From positions 434,001-498,000 of the forward strand of contig NC_043006.1 of the NCBI RefSeq assembly GCF_006345805.1: a stretch of DNA of 64,000 nt, read 5' to 3'. Both the position numbers and the translations under genes were made by a program. Each line of letters begins with the position of its first letter. Within the stretch, counting starts at the first letter, position 1. Of the stretch, positions 60,617 to 64,000 are shown piece by piece. The notes beneath the pieces are model-generated. The model saw nothing but the letters and a program-made list of their open reading frames with translations, ran no database searches and was not told where the DNA came from. The stretch comes from Octopus sinensis. Lineage: Eukaryota.

Positions 60617-61039
60617 GTATCTCAATTCATTTCCGTTTTTCTCTTTCTTACTTTTTTCTTCCTCTCACTTTCTCTTTCTCCTTCTTACTCTCTTTTCTCA
60701 CTCTTACTTTCTTTCTCACTCTTTCTCTCTTCTACTATCTCTTTCTCCGTTTTTCTCTTCACCATCTTTCTCTCTCTTTTTTATTCATACCTTCTCTTTC
60801 TCATTCCTACTTTCACTTTCTCATACCTCCCTCCCCCTTTCTCCTTCTTACTCTCTCTTTCTCCCTCTTGCTTTCTCTTTCTGTCTTCCACAAAACCTGC
60901 TTTCTTTTCTCTGACTGAGGGAACAAATAAAGGATAAAGATTTTCAGTATTTGCTCCAATTCTTTATGTTCTGAGCTGAAATCTTGCTGAGGTCATTTTT
61001 GCCTTTGTTGGGAATAAATAAGGTACCAGTCAATTACTG

Positions 61040-61680
61040 GGCATTATTGTCGACAGCGATTTGCATTGGACAAAACACATTGCTAAAATTGCCAAGAAGG
61101 TTGAGGGCGTCTTGGCATCACCCACCAAGTCCTTTGTGAGCCGCTCTCTGGCTATCTATCTGCAGCTTTATATAGCTATGGTAAGACCTCACCTGGAATT
61201 TGCATCACCAGTCTGGAACCCCTATCTTGCCCAGGATATTAATCGTCTGGAAGCCGTTCAGTGACGTGCAGCCAAAAGAATACCCTCCATCAGGCATTTG
61301 CCATATTCTGAACACCTTACTTCCCTGGGCATGGACACAAACTCCGACGTCTGGCAGCTGACTTGGCAGACACCCATGAAATTATTAACCATCTTACAAA
61401 CAATAACTCTGAGCACCTTTTCAAACTCCACCTGTCTAACACCCGTGGACATGTTTACAAAGTCAGAAAACAGCACAGCTCCCATGACTTTCGGAAACAT
61501 TTTTTCACGCTGAGAGTTGCTGAAGCATGGAACAAACTGCCGGCATCAGTTGTTAGTTGTCGGAGCACAGCATCCTTCAAAACTTCCATGCTTCCTGAGA
61601 TTCGCCAACACTACACCTGATTCCCCCCCCCCATACACACACATGCATGTATCTGACTCATACACTGTTCACTTTCCTCC
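61040..61680 (+). mobile_element. 5'-truncated copy of the CR1 family at 18825-22390
   Basis: Aligns with about 21655-22290. An older minus fragment lies at about 59345-59460. Confidence 0.9.
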
Positions 61681-61871
61681 CTCTCACTGATTCTTTCTTT
61701 CTCTCCACTCATCCTGTACCCCTTATGTTAACTCTCTCTCTGTCTTTCTCATTTACTCTTCCCTTTCTCTCTATGTGATGTAAAGTATGACTGGAGAAAC
61801 CAACCAACATGCAGATCACCTATTAACATTTGGAGATTTATTTATTTAAATATTTTTTTTCCAAACCTTAG

Positions 61872-62092
61872 GAGGCCTCAATAACCTGGAAGAGTATCGG
61901 TCTACCACTGCTGAAGAACAACTGGTTTCGGGATGACTTACAAAACATCACATACCTAAATGTATCTTGTAATAAATTACACACACTACCAAGTACAGTG
62001 CCATGGGGGATGAAGAATCTGGTGGCTCTGAATGTTTCCCACAATTACCTTGATGTATTTCCTTCGGCAACAGACAGCATTGCTTGTCAAAA
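61872..62092 (+). CDS. LRRK1: Coding exon E, first leucine-rich repeats, LRRK1-like gene (missing from the ORF track)
   Basis: TTTTCCAAACCTTAG|GAG..AA|GTAAGC. Reads EASITWKSIGLPLLKNNWFRDDLQNITYLNVSCNKLHTLPSTVPWGMKNLVALNVSHNYLDVFPSATDSIACQ. The TLPSxxPWGxxNLxxLNxSxNxL segment matches vertebrate LRRK1 as I recall it; not searched. Confidence 0.82.
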
Positions 62093-62178
62093 GTAAGCAA
62101 TTTAAATCATTCGTTAATTTTTCTGCTCTGTGAATTATTTTCCTATGAAAACTGAAAGACACATGACGTTCAGAAGAT

Positions 62179-62396
62179 TATCCCTTTAGTCTTCAGATTA
62201 CTCTGTCAAATATAATGCCTTTTCATTCACATCGTTTTGAATTAATCCTGCATTATCTTGTAGTTCTGAGAATTTGATGATGTGATGGTTTATTTTGGGG
62301 ATGGCATTGTAGGATATGAGTGAGAGGCCAGATCCGGATGGTTTGAACATAAAGGAAGTAGAAAATTTGGGCTGGTTTAAATGCTAAAGGGTTGAA
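62179..62396. mobile_element. Degenerate about 220-bp MITE with TTAACCCTTTAG-like ends (piggyBac-type termini)
   Basis: TTATCCCTTTAGTCTT..AATGCTAAAGGGTTGA. A related copy is at about 42820-43172. Confidence 0.55.
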
Positions 62397-62469
62397 TGTT
62401 CTGGATTGCAAGCCAGTGTATCAGAGAGAATTGAGATGTTGTGGGTGATAAATGTGTACGTATGGGTAA

Positions 62470-63965
62470 TGGGGCACTTGGCACTTAGTGATGCTGAAAA
62501 GGAAGAGGCATGGAAGTGCTTCTATGAAAGTCTACTGAATGTGGGAAATGCAGAGGAGGAAGAGGTACTTCCTAGTGTGTACACAACAGGGAGATTAGCT
62601 GTCCGAGTCGACAGCAGATGATAGATAAAGCAATTAAGGGTATGAGGGCAGGAATGTCCCTGATTCATCAGGAATCACCACTGAGATGCTTAAAATATCT
62701 GGCAGAGATGGATACAGCCTAGTCACACATACAGTTAAACAGGTTATACACAAAGGGGTTAAACTGACAATTTGCATAGCAACATTATTATCAACTGTTA
62801 CAAGGGCAAAGAGGGCTCTTTAGATAGAAGTAGTTACAGGGGTATCGAATTACTAGACCAGATCATGAGAGTTACAGAAAAATGTTATAGCCCAACTAAT
62901 TTGAAAGAGTGACCCAGTGGTTAGGGCAGTGGACTCGCGGTCGAAGGATCGCAGTTTTGATTCCCAGACTAGGCGTTGTGTGTGTTTATTGAGCGAAAAC
63001 ACCTAAAGCTCCATGAGGCTCTGGCAGGGGATGGTGGCGACCCCCGTTGTACTCTTTTGCCCCAACTTTCTCTCACTCTTTCTTCATGTTTCTTGAGTAA
63101 CACTGCGATGGACACCATAGAAACCAGGAAACTGGGCCCAAGAGCCTGGCTAGGCTTGAAAAGGAAGCATAAATAAAAAAACAAATTTGAAAGAGAATTA
63201 GATTAGATGAGATGCAGTTTGGTTTTGTATCAGTGAGTATTACTGATGTTCTCTTTCTTTTTTGAAAAACAGAAGTATTTAGTGAAAAATAAGCCATTGT
63301 ACATGACATTTGTCAACTTGGGGAGAAAACCTTCTACAGGATCCCTCACTCTGTAATCTGATGATCTCAGGAAGTTGGGGGTAGACAAATGGCTTGAGAA
63401 CTGTACCAGCAATGTGCAGGGGAGTTGTCAGTTAGATGAAAGATAGCAATACCTGCAGCAACAAATTTAATGTACAGATAGAAGTTCACCAGGGCTTGGT
63501 TGTTAAAACTTTCCTACTTATCATAGTCCTGTTTGCCATATCAGAAGAATCTAAGATCTGTTGCCCTTCAGAACTAGTAAATACTGAAGACCTTGTTCTT
63601 ATAGCAGAATCTATTGTAGAATGACAAAAAAAATTCCAGGTATGGAAGCAAAACCTGGAATCAAAGGACCTTAATGTTAACTTAGACCAAAGCTGTAATT
63701 GGCTGGAAAAACAGACAGGACTCTACTCTATTCAGGAAATTGATTCTGATATGTTGGAAAAGTGCAGGCACAAATTCCATAGAGTGTATCCAGTGCAAGC
63801 TATGGACACACAAGAGGTGTAATTGGATCACAGGAAAATTAATAGACAAAGTAGAGTTTGTATGTGACAGTTGCACATCAGAAATAAATGCTAAGAACAC
63901 ACAAGAGATAGGTTTTCTTAAATTCCAAGGAGGTTCTCTAAATGAAATAGAAAGTACTGTTATTT
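62470..63965 (+). mobile_element. Old degenerate RTE interrupted by a SINE (about 62910-63110)
   Basis: EAWKCFYESLLN, VEVHQG, CPSELVNTEDL, NSIECIQCKLWTHKRC. Confidence 0.75.
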
Positions 63966-64000
63966 AAGTGACCTAATTAGCAGTGTAAGAGGATGTTCTG

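Noticed and set aside
60617-60937. Extension of ORF 60506..60937 as a transmembrane domain
   Set aside because: After the donor at 60617 the sequence is a CT-rich low-complexity intron tract.

Overview
AT-rich, microsatellite-dense animal genomic DNA. The repeat families look cephalopod (Octopus-like); that is inference from remembered repeat sequences, not a search. About 90% of the listed ORFs are artefacts of (TA)n/(CA)n tracts or shadows of LINE ORFs. Real content: (1) five phase-compatible plus-strand exons (25882-62092) of an ankyrin + LRR gene resembling LRRK1/ROCO. The LRR exon is absent from the ORF track. (2) Many retroelements: two near-full-length minus-strand RTE LINEs, a distinct near-full-length BovB-like RTE, a CR1-type LINE whose ORF2 has only one stop, R4/Dong fragments in (TAA)n, Penelope-like elements (PLEs) and several tRNA-derived SINE families. 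(3) DNA-transposon relics: a mariner end, a Helitron, MITEs and fold-backs. The most striking unannotated signal is a set of 12 minimal type-I hammerhead ribozyme (HHR) motifs from several unrelated sequence families. Most sit in ORF-less inverted-repeat mini-elements next to (TA)n. They include a compensatory U3-A8 core variant, U4C variants, cases where the inverted arm is antisense to the ribozyme's own 3' half, and sense-strand copies inside introns of the LRRK-like gene. A conserved ETS + G-quadruplex module also recurs upstream of three RTE elements. All folds were assigned by eye; none was computed or tested.
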